Source of the DNA: Eledone cirrhosa
Lineage: Eukaryota
NCBI GenBank assembly: GCA_964016885.1
Contig: OZ024742.1
Coordinates: 363,630,001-363,694,000, forward strand
DNA length: 64,000 nt
Direction of reading: 5' to 3'
In this document: piece by piece, positions 48,311 through 60,096 of the stretch
Layout of the letters: each line of letters opens with the position of its first letter
Numbering within the stretch: the first letter of the stretch is position 1
Translations under genes and position numbers: made by a program
Notes under the pieces: model-generated
Database searches by the model: none
The model's input: the letters and a program-made list of their open reading frames with translations, nothing else
What the model was told of the DNA's origin: nothing

Positions 48311-49795
48311 TACACGCATACACACACACACATATTTATATGTGCGTGGTTTTGTATACCTATGGTAAGTGTTTTGCGGATGATTGTGTATGTACGTATT
48401 TGTTTGCGTGTATGTATTTATTTATTTCTATTACTTCTGTATTGTATTTATTTACTTTGTTCTTAACTCTGTAGCGGAGATTCATTCGGTCTCCTTGTTA
48501 GAATTTTACTCTACGACTTCTGCTATACCATTTACGTGGTTTTGTATTTGCGTGCTTTGTTCTCCACGCTCCACATATGACGTATTATCTTCGTTTTTTT
48601 CGTTCATTGCCAGAGAACGTCTCTAAAAAATCTGAGGCAATTTCGGCTTGTAAACATAAAGTGCACAAAACTTTCCTGTATTACAGCCCCACGTTATACC
48701 CTAACGGATAGTACGATTTATACGTGGATATTTTACGTCTTGATGTGGTAGCTAAGTATATGTTTTCTTTATACCATTACTTATTTGCATAGGGAAGTAT
48801 ATTTTACCCGTATGTTTTGTGAAGGTACGTAATCCTTCTAGTACGTATATTTGATTGTTTATGTTATGGCGTATACTTTTATATATTCTGGTACATATGG
48901 TTTGGCTATGTGTATACGGGAGTTTTGCCTCTGTGTGAGTATGCAGGTTCGTACGTATGTAGGGTGTGTGTATATGTGTACTTCTTGTTTTGGTTGACAT
49001 ACGTCTCCGAACATTCGTGATTTTACATGTAGGTATGTGTGTGCGCTTGTTATATACGTATTTATTTATTTATATACGTTTATATAATTATTTATTTATT
49101 AGTATACACGCATACACACACACATATTTATATGTGCGTGGTTTTGTATCCCTATGGTAAGTGTTTTGCGTATGATTGTGTATGTACGTGTTTGTTTGCG
49201 TGTATGTATTTATTTATTTCTATTACTCCTGTATTGTATTTATTTACTTTGTTCTTAACTCTGTAGCGGAGATTCATTTGGTCTCCTTGTTAGAATTTTA
49301 GTCTACGACTTCTGCTATACCATTTACGTGGTTTTGTCTTTGCGTGCTTTGTTCTCCACGCTCCACATATGACGTATTATCTTCGTTTTTTTCGTTCATT
49401 GCCAGAGAACGTCTCTATGAACCACCTAAGAGAACATTAGTCTACGACCTCTTTTATACCATAAACGTGGTTTTGTCTTTGCGCGTAATTGTTTTTCACC
49501 GCTCCTATTAATGACGTATTATATTCGTTTTTTCCCGTTCTTTGCCAGCGAACGTTTCTACGAACCAAAGTATCGTCTTCCTGTCTTCCTCCAGTTGCAA
49601 CGTTTTTTGAAATATCCACTTCTGCGTTCACAGATTGACTTTGTTAGTTTCAGAAGATCCCGTTAAGGGTGAAAGCAGCGATTCTTTGTTTAAACTTTAA
49701 TCTGTTATTTTAATAAATATTTGCTCTACGGTTCTCTTATATATTTGATATATATTTATCCTTATCGAACCCTCTTTGGATCTTAGTCTTCAAAT
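48308..49795 (+). mobile_element. Heavily 5'-truncated Naiad-like PLE (family N3) with partial tandem duplication
   Basis: 48625-49660 is homologous to 62870-64000; 48308-48624 is a direct repeat of about 49100-49416; HHR at 49630-49705. Confidence 0.85.
49630..49705 (+). ncRNA. Type I hammerhead-like fold with CAGAAGA (U4A) core and extended stem I
   Basis: acagattg..agttt-CAGAAGA-t-ccc(gttaa)ggg-t-GAAA-gca(gcgattctt)tgt-TT-aaact-t-taatctgt, followed by AATAAA. Confidence 0.72.
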
Positions 49796-49832
49796 TTATT
49801 ATTATTATTATTATTATTATTGTTATTGTTAT

Positions 49833-51322
49833 TCCTTGAATCTCAGTCATTGATGTTGGTTAACTGGAAAGTCCGTTGGATTGAATATCAAGCCACTACC
49901 TGCAGCCTCAGATATTCAGGACGTATCGGAGGGTTCTTGCCGTTCCAAGCAAGCATGCCTTTTGAAGCGTTCCAAAAAGCGTGAAGGGGCCGATTTTCTT
50001 TAACCATCCCTGGAAACCTTTGGAGATAGTCCCCAGTGCGCCTATGACAATCGGGATCACTTTGACTTCATGGCAGTTCCAAATCCTTTTCACCTCCCAC
50101 TTTAGGTCCTGGTATCGGTTAATTTTCTCCCTCTCCTTCTCTTGCACTCTCGTGTCGAACGGGCAGGCCACATCCACAATCAGGCACGATCTTTTTTCTT
50201 TGTCCACAACCACCAGGTCAGGTCTATTGTGTTCCAGTTTTTTGTCCGTCTGTATCCTAAAATCCCACAGCACCTTCACCTGACTGTTCTCCATCACCGC
50301 CTCTGGCCTATGCTCATACCATTTCTCAGAATGTGGTAGATTGTTTACTTTGCACAGGTGCCAGTGGATCACCCTGCCCATCACATCGTGTCTCCAGCCC
50401 TTATAGTGGGTCTGGGCTAGGTGTTTACACTCGGACACAATGTGAGCCACAGTCTCCTCTCTCTCTCCACAGATCCTGCACAGTGGGCTAGCCTCCTCCT
50501 TGTAGATATGGTGCTTCAACCACTTCGTTTTGAGGGCCTGCTCCTGCGCAGCCATTAGCATTCCTTCTGTAGCCTTTTTGAGGTCTCCTCTTCTCAACCA
50601 GTTCCATGTCTGTGGATCTCTAAATTCAGTTTTCTCAAAGAAGGTACTATGAAGGGATTTTCCCTTAAGGCTGCTCTTCCTCCTTGATGTTATTTCCTCC
50701 TTGGGTATCCCCTGGCCTACTCTCCCCTCCTTCAGTACAGCTCTGAGCATTGGCTCCTTACTATAGGTCACGTATTTGTATAGGTTGTTTTTCTCCATCT
50801 GAACACAGTCCTCTATGCTGATAAGACCTCTTCCACCCTCAGATCTCCTTAGGTAGAGTCTATCGACATCACTCCTCTTGTGGAACATGTTGTAGATAGT
50901 CAATAGCTTCCTAGTCTTCCTATCCATTTCTTTTTGTTCAGCAACATTCCATCTCAGAATTCCCGCACTGTACCTAATAATAGACACAGCTCGGGAATTT
51001 ACTGCGCTTATGGCATTTCTGCTGTTCAGATGTGACTTCAATACGCTCCTTACTCTCCGAATGTATTCAGTTCTTAACAATTCCTTCATTTTTTTGTTCT
51101 TTATGCCATCAGCCTCCAGAACGCCCAAATACTTGTATCCTTCCTCAGAGTCAATTTCCTTTATCATCTCACCTGTTGGTATCTGGATCCCGTTACTTCT
51201 GCTCAACCTACCCCTCCTCATCACAATGACTCCACATTTACCAATACCAAACTGCATACATATATCACTGCTGAAAATACGGACAGTGTCAACAAGCACA
51301 TCCAACTCCTTCTCACTTTTCC
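49833..51322 (-). mobile_element. 5'-truncated R4/Dong-clade non-LTR retrotransposon in a (TAA)n tract
   Basis: (TTA)n on both flanks (49796-49832, 51342-51396), short 3' UTR, and RT-CCHC-REL coding region. Confidence 0.85.
49908..51305 (-). CDS. C-terminal RT + CCHC zinc knuckle + restriction-like endonuclease (truncated just after the catalytic DD motif)
   Basis: FGIGKC, YKYLG, GGRGL, CRICGEREETVAHIVSEC, RHD, RPDLVVVD..IVDV, KINRYQDL, PIVIGALG. 465 codons uninterrupted; no genuine start codon. Confidence 0.88.
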   Translation of the reverse strand: MDVLVDTVRIFSSDICMQFGIGKCGVIVMRRGRLSRSNGIQIPTGEMIKEIDSEEGYKYLGVLEADGIKNKKMKELLRTEYIRRVRSVLKSHLNSRNAISAVNSRAVSIIRYSAGILRWNVAEQKEMDRKTRKLLTIYNMFHKRSDVDRLYLRRSEGGRGLISIEDCVQMEKNNLYKYVTYSKEPMLRAVLKEGRVGQGIPKEEITSRRKSSLKGKSLHSTFFEKTEFRDPQTWNWLRRGDLKKATEGMLMAAQEQALKTKWLKHHIYKEEASPLCRICGEREETVAHIVSECKHLAQTHYKGWRHDVMGRVIHWHLCKVNNLPHSEKWYEHRPEAVMENSQVKVLWDFRIQTDKKLEHNRPDLVVVDKEKRSCLIVDVACPFDTRVQEKEREKINRYQDLKWEVKRIWNCHEVKVIPIVIGALGTISKGFQGWLKKIGPFTLFGTLQKACLLGTARTLRYVLNI

Positions 51323-51340
51323 CTTTTTTTTTTTTTTTTC

Positions 51341-51455
<115 letters not shown>

Positions 51456-51984
51456 ATATAAGGAAAAAAGATGAAAATTGGAAATGCAACTTGAGTCTTT
51501 TTAAAAATATTATTTGGTTCCTTTACCGGTTTCGTAGTTCTTGTGCTTTTCAAAAGTAGAATTGAGATGGAGGGTTTGTGTTTTTTTCCGCATCTGGTTG
51601 GTGTTCGAATGTTACTTCTGTTTTATATGGAAAAAAGTGGGTCGAAATGCTAGGATTTTAGAAAAGTAATTTGGTTGGATTGATGACAGTCATGTGAATA
51701 AGTATAGTAAATTTCGCACAAGTTCGCGTTACAAAGTTTTTATTATATTTGCAAATAAATATTCTTTTAAAAGACTCCAGTTAAATTTTTGATTTCATCT
51801 TTTTTCCTTATACTTTCACGAGTGTAGGACATCTCGTTTTTTTTCATTTTGTAAAAAAACCTCATTTTCTAATACATACCCATCACACGAAGACTGAAAA
51901 TTCCACCAAAGTCTCTACAAAACGACAACTCACTGAATCAGGACATAGTAAATTTCTCATACCATGAACTACCGCAACCTAAAC

Positions 51985-53929
51985 CCAAACCCAACACGAG
52001 TCGAAGGGAGTGGGAGATTATCCATGAACTAAAAAACAAAACTGACATTGTAATTAAGGAAGCGGATAAAGGGAGGTACTGTCGTCATTATGGATCCTGA
52101 ACAATATAACAATTCTATGTTCTCTCTCTTACAAAACACTAACTACTATGAAAGAGTAAAAAAGTACCAGAAATCAAAAACGATGACCAGATTAAACACA
52201 TTCATTTGTCGATATCAGGAAGACTTAACTAAAAAGGAACGCGTGTATTTACACATTTTGAATACAAAACCATCAACCTTTACGGACTTCCGAAGATCCA
52301 CAAGTGTAAATAATTAATGATGCCTGTAAAGAATCCTCCTCAACCTGCGTGAACACCCAATACCCCACTGACCTTAAATTAAGACCAATTGTAGCGGGCG
52401 CACAATGTGAAACACACAGACTAAGCAACTTTATAGACATACTACTAAAACCAATTATCAAACACATACCAAGCCTTGTAAGAGACGATCTGGATCTCTT
52501 AAACCACCACCCCAAACATGTCAACAACGACACTATTATTGTGTCTTTCGATGTAGTGAATCTCTACACAACGATCCCACACTAATACGGACTTGAAGCA
52601 ATAGGATTCTGGCTAGAGAAATATCCCAATGAGATACCTGACAGAATAGAAAAAAGCTTCATCACCGAGGGATTAACATTTATTTTACAGAACAACTTTT
52701 TTGATTTCGATGGCAGTACTTACAAGCAAATATCGTGGACTACGATGGGTACAAAAGTCGCTCCAACTTATGCCAGCTTTGTCAATTCGTACTTGGAAGT
52801 CCAGATATATGAACACTCCAAATCAAAATACCGATTGAACTTCAACAATTATTTATCAGAGAATTGGAAACGCTACTTGGATGATTGTCTTATTCTTTGG
52901 TCTCACACACTCGACCAACTAAATGATTTCAAACATGTAATTAACGGCATCAATAACCACATCCAATTCACAATGGAATACAGCCAAGATCAACTCCCAT
53001 TTCTGGACATCTTAATCATAAAAAAGACGCAAATATTGAAACTGACATATACTACAAACCAACAGATTCCAAACAATACCTGCTATTCACCTCCAACCAT
53101 CCAAACCACACGAAGACGAACACCCCTTTTAACCCAGCAAGAAGAATTTGCACAATTGTCTCCAATTATGAAACGCGAAATAAAAGACTTCAAGAATTAA
53201 AGGAAATTCTGCTCGAAAGACAGTACCAACCATTACTAATAAATAATGGAATAGAAAGGGCTAAAGCAATAGGCATTGATGAATTACGAAAACAGAAACA
53301 AATTCAAGGTACGTCCAATATTCTATCATATATCTCAACACACAACCCAAGAAATAAGGAAGCTTACAACATTATTCATAAGAACATCCCACTATTGAAA
53401 CAATACCCAAGAATGAAAAAAAGCCCTTGAAACACACAAAATAATCAAAAGCAAAAGACAAAAGAAATCACTGAAAACATTACTCACCAATGCCAAATTA
53501 CCTACCACAAACCCACAACCAGCTGTAAAAAAATGAGATCGCTCTACTTGTGGAATTTGCACTCACCTCATTGAAGGCAAGATGTATACATTTCAATCAG
53601 GACAAAATTTTGTTGTAAAAAATCACTTCACTTGCTCATCAAAAAATTTACTTTATGCCATTAAATGTAAAGGATGCAATGAAGATTATATAGGACAAAC
53701 TAAACTCACACTCAGAAACAGAATGACAATTCGTCGCTAACAATTACGAGACCCTATCACAAGACAGATACAACCCAGTGCACATCTAGACATATGTGCT
53801 AGTGATAAGACACCCAAATTTCAAGTCTTCCCCTTTTATCTTTGCGTTGACAATACAACAGAACAAATACGAATAAATAAGGAAAATATGTTTATTCAAA
53901 AATATAGACCAGCATTAAATATAGTTTAA
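51985..53929 (+). pseudogene. Neptune-type RT + zinc finger + GIY-YIG endonuclease with multiple frameshifts and stops
   Basis: DIVIKEADKG, YGLPKIHK, LRPIV, SFDVVNLYT, MGTKVAPTYA, WKRYLDD, LPFLD, TDIYYKPTD, CGIC, LLYAIKCKGCNEDYIGQT, RPALN. Confidence 0.9.
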
Positions 53930-54485
53930 TATACATTATGTTAACACCATAACATCCTAACCATCCAAACAGACACATACATACACACGCACACACACAC
54001 ATAACACCTATATTCGAAAATAAAAACCAGAACTAAATAAACCTTAACATAACATGCTAACCACACACCCCACACCCACATAACTCCCTACCCAATTTCT
54101 ACTAACGGAATCATTTTCCTACACACACACAAAAAATATATATTCTCTCCATCTTAACATGCCAACCATACTCCCACGCACACATATAACACCCATACGC
54201 ACACACACATATAACACCCACACACACACACATAACTCCCTCCCCCATTTCTACTAATAGAATCATCTTCCTACACACACACACACACACATACACACAC
54301 CAGCACACAATTAAAAATACATATATCTACTTTCTTTATTTCAATAGAAAGTCTGAATTTTGACACCCCAGCACATCAGCCATACTCACTGAACCAGAAG
54401 AATTCTCCCCATCCCTTTTTTCTTGACCATCATCTTTTGTTTGGCACAAATTCTCTAAATGGCTACAAAATAATTCCCAAATACG

Positions 54486-54780
54486 GGCGCGAAATTTAAT
54501 GTACTTGTTCACGTGACAGTCATAATTACAATTATAACCAATCAAATTACATTTATAAAAAAAACCTTCCTGAGCCACTTTTTTTTAAGTAAAAAGAAAT
54601 TCAAACACAAACTGGCGCGAAAGTTGATGTGCTTATTCACGTGACTGCATCAACCAACCAAATTTTACTCCTATATGAAAAAATAATTCTTTTAAAGGCA
54701 AATATAACCAGAACTTTGTAACGCGAACTGAGGCGAAATTTATTATACTTATTCACATGACAGTCATCAACCAACCAAAT
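54486..54780 (+). promoter_or_regulatory. Triplicated E2F-like (GGCGCGAAA) + E-box (CACGTGAC) + CCAAT-like module in the pLTR
   Basis: Modules at 54486-54542, 54614-54662 and about 54732-54780 with similar E2F-to-E-box spacing. Also present in the 42450-43000 and 51670-51730 copies. Confidence 0.5.
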
Positions 54781-54891
54781 TACTTCTCTAAAAACCTAGC
54801 ATTTCGAGCCTCTTTTTTCAATTTAAAACAGAAGTAACTTTCAAACACCAACCAGATGCGAGAAAAACCACAAACCCTCCATCTCAATTCT

Positions 54892-54929
54892 ACTTTTGAA
54901 AAGCAGAAGAACTGTGAAACCGGTAAAGG
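54892..54929 (+). ncRNA. Minimal hammerhead, U3-A8 core, in the Neptune-like 3' pLTR
   Basis: actt-TTGAAAA-gcag(aagaa)ctgt-GAAA-ccgg-TA-aagg, with AATAAA just downstream. A damaged inverted copy lies at 51520-51557. Confidence 0.75.
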
Positions 54930-55059
54930 AACCAAATAAATATATTTAAAAAGACTCCAGTTGCATCTTCGATTTCATCTTTCTTCCTTATACTTTCACT
55001 CGTGTAGGACATCTTTTTTTTTTTTCATTTTCTAAAACAACCTAATTTTCTAATATATA

Positions 55060-55160
<101 letters not shown>

Positions 55161-55302
55161 ATAAAATTAGAAGTTTATTTCTCGACCTAGCACAGCCGGT
55201 ACATAAATGGAAGTATGCACATGTACACACACAGACACACACACACACGTATATATATATATATATATACGCACACAGACACACACAGACACACAGACAG
55301 AC

Positions 55303-55353
<51 letters not shown>

Positions 55354-55481
55354 AAGTTATATTTAAAAGTGTTGGGTTACAACTAGTAAATATTTATAAC
55401 TGATATAAAAGCACTCGACAAATATTTGGAGTATATTTACAATATTAAATAAATGGAAAACTATATTTATAAAACCATATT

Positions 55482-55547
55482 TATTTCATTATATATATTT
55501 CGGGGATATCATATTAACAATATGCTATGCCTTCATCAGACAAAATA
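55482..55547 (-). ncRNA. Type I hammerhead, N1 downstream pLTR
   Basis: Minus strand: tattttgt-CTGATGA-a-gg..catatt(gtt)aatatg..cc-GAAA-tatata-TA-atgaaata. 8-bp stem I with two G-U pairs; palindromic stem III. Confidence 0.8.
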
Positions 55548-56501
55548 CAATATAAACAGTTTTATAGATAAATAGATTCTACATACCGTAATAAACATCG
55601 ACTTCATTTGAAGAGGTTTACGCTAGCAGTGAACATTTTATACAGAGAGACAGAAAGAGAGAAAAAAAAGAAAGAAAGACAAAACGAAGAAAAGGAAGAA
55701 AAAGAAGAAAAAGAAGAGATGCATGTAACAAAATAGAGAGATGGAAAGATAGATAAAGCGAAGAGCTTCATGTAAAGAAACAGAAAGAGATATATATATA
55801 TAGAGAGAGAGGAAATAGAGATAGATACATATATATATAGAAAATTAGGTAGTGGGAGGTCATTTTGAGTAAGTGTATCAATGATACATTTATTTATTTA
55901 TTTATTTATTTAGCTCAAGTATTAATGTAAGGGAGATATATATAGAGAAAAAAATATAGAGAGAGGAAAAAAAAAATAGCGAGAGAAAGAATTTAAAAAT
56001 AGCCAGACATATTCGAGGCGTAAAAAACCCTATGTTTTAATGTATTAGTATTTATAAAACTTACACTATATTGTAAATATCAGTATTCCTGAATGAAACA
56101 AGTATCCATAATGTGTGAAAATTAATTATCTTATGTTTAGTTTTAAAAAATGCATATGTTTATGTGACAGCTACAAACATCCATGCTAATCCAACTGATT
56201 CACTCTGCAAACTCTAGGTTACCGGAAAACATTCTCAATGTGGTATAAAAATTTGAGCGTATTATTATTCCTGTCATTATTCTACAAGATTATCTATCAA
56301 GTAGAAATAGAGAGCAGATTTCAATATACTAATAAAAATATATATTATAAACAAAACTAAAAATATAAAGATAACAATAATAATAATAAGTAAAATATTA
56401 CGAAAGAATATTAATAATAAAAATATTACATATTAAAAATACTACTTATTAAAAAATATTACGTATTAAAAATTTACATATTAAAGATATTAAAAATTTT
56501 T

Positions 56502-56560
56502 AAAATAAAATAAAATAAAAATAAAAATAAAAAATATTATAGAGTACTACAATATTAAAA

Positions 56561-56591
<31 letters not shown>

Positions 56592-56757
56592 TAAAAATAA
56601 AAATAAAAATAAAAATAAAAATAAAAATAAAAATAAAAATAAAAATAAAAATAAAAATAAAAATAAAAATAAAAATAAAAATAAAAATAAAAATAAAAAT
56701 AAAAATAAAAATAAAAATAAAAATAAAAATAAAAATAAAAATAAAAATAAAAATAAA
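56502..56757. repeat. (ATAAAA)n hexamer tract inside the N1 3' UTR
   Basis: Directly visible, with one short interruption near 56535-56557. Confidence 0.95.
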
Positions 56758-57112
56758 CCACAAAGAACAACCCTTCAAAGTTAATTGACAATATATTGCC
56801 AAGTTCATTACAAGACAAAGCCAAAATTATCTATCAAACCACATCTAGCAAAGAACATTTCAAAAAGATTATGATGTCCAATTAGATCTACATATGTTTT
56901 TATATTTAATATAGAAGTTTATCTAGTGTAAGGTTAATTCAAAAAATTTGGAGCATCAGTTTTTAGGGTAGCTTAATTTCTCATGAGGAATGTTTAGATA
57001 AAAATAAAATAAAAATAAACAATAAAAAAAGAGTAAAAAGAGGGAATCAAAGATTTAGGAATCAAAAAATTATCGGCTAGTTCCCATATAAATATAAATC
57101 AAACTAAATATA

Positions 57113-59326
57113 CTACATTTTAAATTTAAATTTATATTTAAACGTTGAGTTTAATCTATGTTTGCAACAACTGAATAAATTTGTCCGTAGGTTAAGGGAA
57201 TTTTTAGATTTTAGTATAAAGAATATCTCCTCTGCGCAGAAGTCACATGTCTCGGAGGATGAATTAAAAGGAATCCCTCTTGAGACTATATTCCAAGCCG
57301 TCGAATATCTAACGTTATCTAGCTTAAGTTGCCAGAGTACGCCTGATAGTGCCGTTGAAGATTTTTTACTTGGATCTGTGAAAGAATTCTTGTGGTTATT
57401 ATAGCGAAGTTTAAATTCCGTCGATGTGGAACCGACGTAGTTAAAATAATTAGAGTCAGTATTAACATTACAATTGTATACTATATTTTTAACTAAGCAG
57501 TTGTTATTTAACGGACATTTAGATCTATCTCTACAGTTACATTTGTTAACTTGTATATTATTTATGCTATTATTAGTAGGTTTTAAGTTCCTATTATTTA
57601 TTCTATTAATATTTTGTGCTAAATTTTTGGTGGATGAGTAGGTTAATTTAATTGTATGCCTATTGAAGATTGAGTGATACCTATGTGTTCTAGGGAAGCG
57701 ATTATCAAGAGCTTTGAAAAATAATTTAGCGATGTGGGTTTTAATGTTTAGTGAGAAAGGGGGGGCAAACCAAATTATGTTCCTAGTTCTATTTCTTTTT
57801 TGTCCTTTGGAATTATTGTAATGCTTTCTATTATAGTTGTTAATGTTGTTGCCGTAATTAAAAAAGTTGTTACTTTGTTTAGTTTGTCTATCATTATCTA
57901 TGTATACAATCTTATCAGCATATCCTGCCCTAGCTAGTGCATCATTATAGTACTGGGCCTTTTCGTCAAAAATCTTTCTATTCGACGAGATCCTAGAGAT
58001 ACGTTTTTGGACTGAGTTTACTATAGTGTTTTTGACAGATCTGGGGTGGTTAGAGTTAAAGTTGACATAGTTTAAGTTTTCATTCAACTTGTGAAAAGGA
58101 TAGTGGAGACATGTGTTGAGATTTAATGTTATATCTAGGAAATTGACTATTCTATGGTTGTTCTCAATTTCTATTTTAAGGTTAAAGTAATTAAAAAATT
58201 TTGTAATTTGTTTACATTTTCTATTTAGTTCAGGGTTATTATTATTAATAAGTAAAAGCATGTCATCCCTATATAAACCTCCGGTAGTACCAGGTATTTT
58301 CCTATGTAGCGAATTGATTAAAAATAAGCCCACAAGGTCAGTTACCTGAGCTGAGTCGGAAGATCCCATAGTTATGTCAAAATTGTTATCTCTATCTGCT
58401 CTGGTCCATAATTTGTCATTAAATTCTATCAAAGTTTTCCTAGCCGATAATATAATATGCATTTCTTTGCTAGTTAGGTCAGTATGTTTGAATGCGTAAT
58501 TTAGTGCCTTATTTAGTAGACTAGGGGTAATAGAAGAATAATAGTTAGCTATATCAAGTTGAATAAACCTATTATTATTGTTATATTTAATTTGCCTAAA
58601 CCACTCAACAACCTCTCCAGTTCCCTTCCACAAGCTCAGGTTAGATACACAGTCCAAGTTCTTAATTTGCTGTATCACCCTGTCAAGAATGTTTTTGCTT
58701 AATTTGCCCAGGTTCGATTTTGAAGGTGCGATCAATCTAACTGGCAGGTCATTTTCAAAATTCCTCTTGTGGTCCTTCATATTGATCTTCGGTTTCCTGG
58801 GCACGAAAGGTTGTGTTCTGTTCTCAATTTCCAACTCGTGCATTATACAAGATGCTTCGACATTCATTTTCTCAAGTTCGGCCTTATCAGCTACCTTGTA
58901 CTTTTTCCTCAGCTCTTTCAGTATGAGGCCCTTATACATGTCTTTCCGCACTCCATAGAGGTTGTTGGTCTTGTCAGATTTCACCAAGATCTTCTCAGTT
59001 TTCTCTAAGCTCTCAATGTTATCCTTAATGCCTTTCAGATATTCCTGGCCTTTAAAGTTTCTCTTGAATTTGACCCCTTGTATGATAGAAATTATATCGT
59101 TTTCAAAGTCAGATAAAAGTTTGTTAGGGGGTGGATTTCTTTTAAATTTGAAAACTTTGTTTAAGTCCGAGATATTTTCGTCTGCATTAGATTTATCAAA
59201 GTGGAATGCACGCCACCTGATTCTCCTTATAAAAGAGTCAGATTTATCTATTAATTGTTTTACAAAGTCTTTGTTTCTAGGTAGAGGTATGTCTTTTAGA
59301 GAGGAAGTAATCTTAAAGAATTCCAT
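57113..59326 (-). CDS. Intact 737-aa PLE polyprotein: RT + GIY-YIG endonuclease (Naiad-like)
   Basis: ATG start; SLKDIP, FIRRIRWRAF, KSDKT, KDHK, VRLIAP, LDIANYYSSI, MGSSDSA, LYRDD, FLDITL, SNHP, CNC..CPL..CL, IVY..YVGST..RYNNH, CDFC, CKH. Confidence 0.95.
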   Translation of the reverse strand: MEFFKITSSLKDIPLPRNKDFVKQLIDKSDSFIRRIRWRAFHFDKSNADENISDLNKVFKFKRNPPPNKLLSDFENDIISIIQGVKFKRNFKGQEYLKGIKDNIESLEKTEKILVKSDKTNNLYGVRKDMYKGLILKELRKKYKVADKAELEKMNVEASCIMHELEIENRTQPFVPRKPKINMKDHKRNFENDLPVRLIAPSKSNLGKLSKNILDRVIQQIKNLDCVSNLSLWKGTGEVVEWFRQIKYNNNNRFIQLDIANYYSSITPSLLNKALNYAFKHTDLTSKEMHIILSARKTLIEFNDKLWTRADRDNNFDITMGSSDSAQVTDLVGLFLINSLHRKIPGTTGGLYRDDMLLLINNNNPELNRKCKQITKFFNYFNLKIEIENNHRIVNFLDITLNLNTCLHYPFHKLNENLNYVNFNSNHPRSVKNTIVNSVQKRISRISSNRKIFDEKAQYYNDALARAGYADKIVYIDNDRQTKQSNNFFNYGNNINNYNRKHYNNSKGQKRNRTRNIIWFAPPFSLNIKTHIAKLFFKALDNRFPRTHRYHSIFNRHTIKLTYSSTKNLAQNINRINNRNLKPTNNSINNIQVNKCNCRDRSKCPLNNNCLVKNIVYNCNVNTDSNYFNYVGSTSTEFKLRYNNHKNSFTDPSKKSSTALSGVLWQLKLDNVRYSTAWNIVSRGIPFNSSSETCDFCAEEIFFILKSKNSLNLRTNLFSCCKHRLNSTFKYKFKFKM

Positions 59327-59506
59327 TTTTCCAGTTATAATATAAAGCGCTCAACAGTATTGGAGCAAGGTACATGTAAAGTTATATTTAAAAGTGTTGG
59401 GTTACAACTAGTAAATATTTATAACTGATATAAAAGCACTCGACAAATATTTGGAGTATATTTACAATATTAAATAAATGGAAAACTATATTTATAAAAC
59501 CATATT

Positions 59507-59572
59507 TATTTCATTATATATATTTCGGGGATATCATATTAACAATATGCTATGCCTTCATCAGACAAAATA
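59507..59572 (-). ncRNA. Type I hammerhead, N1 upstream pLTR
   Basis: Identical to 55482-55547 at an offset of 4025 bp; predicted cut about 190 nt upstream of the ATG. Confidence 0.8.
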
Positions 59573-60096
59573 CAATATAAACAGTTTTATAGATAAATAG
59601 ATTCGACATACCGTAATAAACATCGACTTCATTTGAAGAGGTTTACGCTAGCAGTGAAAATTTTATACAGAGAGACAGAAAGAGAGAAAAAAAAGAAAGA
59701 AAGACAAAACGAAGAAAAGGAAGAAAAAGAAGAAAAAGAAAAAGAAGAGATGCATGTAACAAAATAGAGAGATGGAAAGATAGATAAAGCGAAGAGCTTC
59801 ATGTAAAGAAACAGAAAGAGATATATATATAGAGAGAGAGAGGAAATAGAGATAGATACATATATATATAGAAAATTAGGTAGTGGGAGGTCATTTTGAG
59901 TAAGTGTATCAATGATACATTTATTTATTTATTTATTTATTTAGCTCAAGTATTAATGTAAGGGAGATATATAGAGAGAAAAGGCATAGCATATTGTTAA
60001 TATGAAAAGGCATAGCATATTGTTAATATGATATCCCCGAAATATATATAATGAAATAAATATGGTTTTATAAATATAGTTTTCCATTTATTTAAT

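Larger units (their letters stand above)
51457..55054 (+). mobile_element. Neptune-like PLE, near full length but decayed: inverted pLTR part, short direct pLTR end, ORF, 3' UTR/pLTR
   Basis: 51457-51752 is an inverted copy of about 54697-54993, and 51753-51874 is a direct copy of about 54934-55054. Bounded by (TA)n. Confidence 0.9.
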
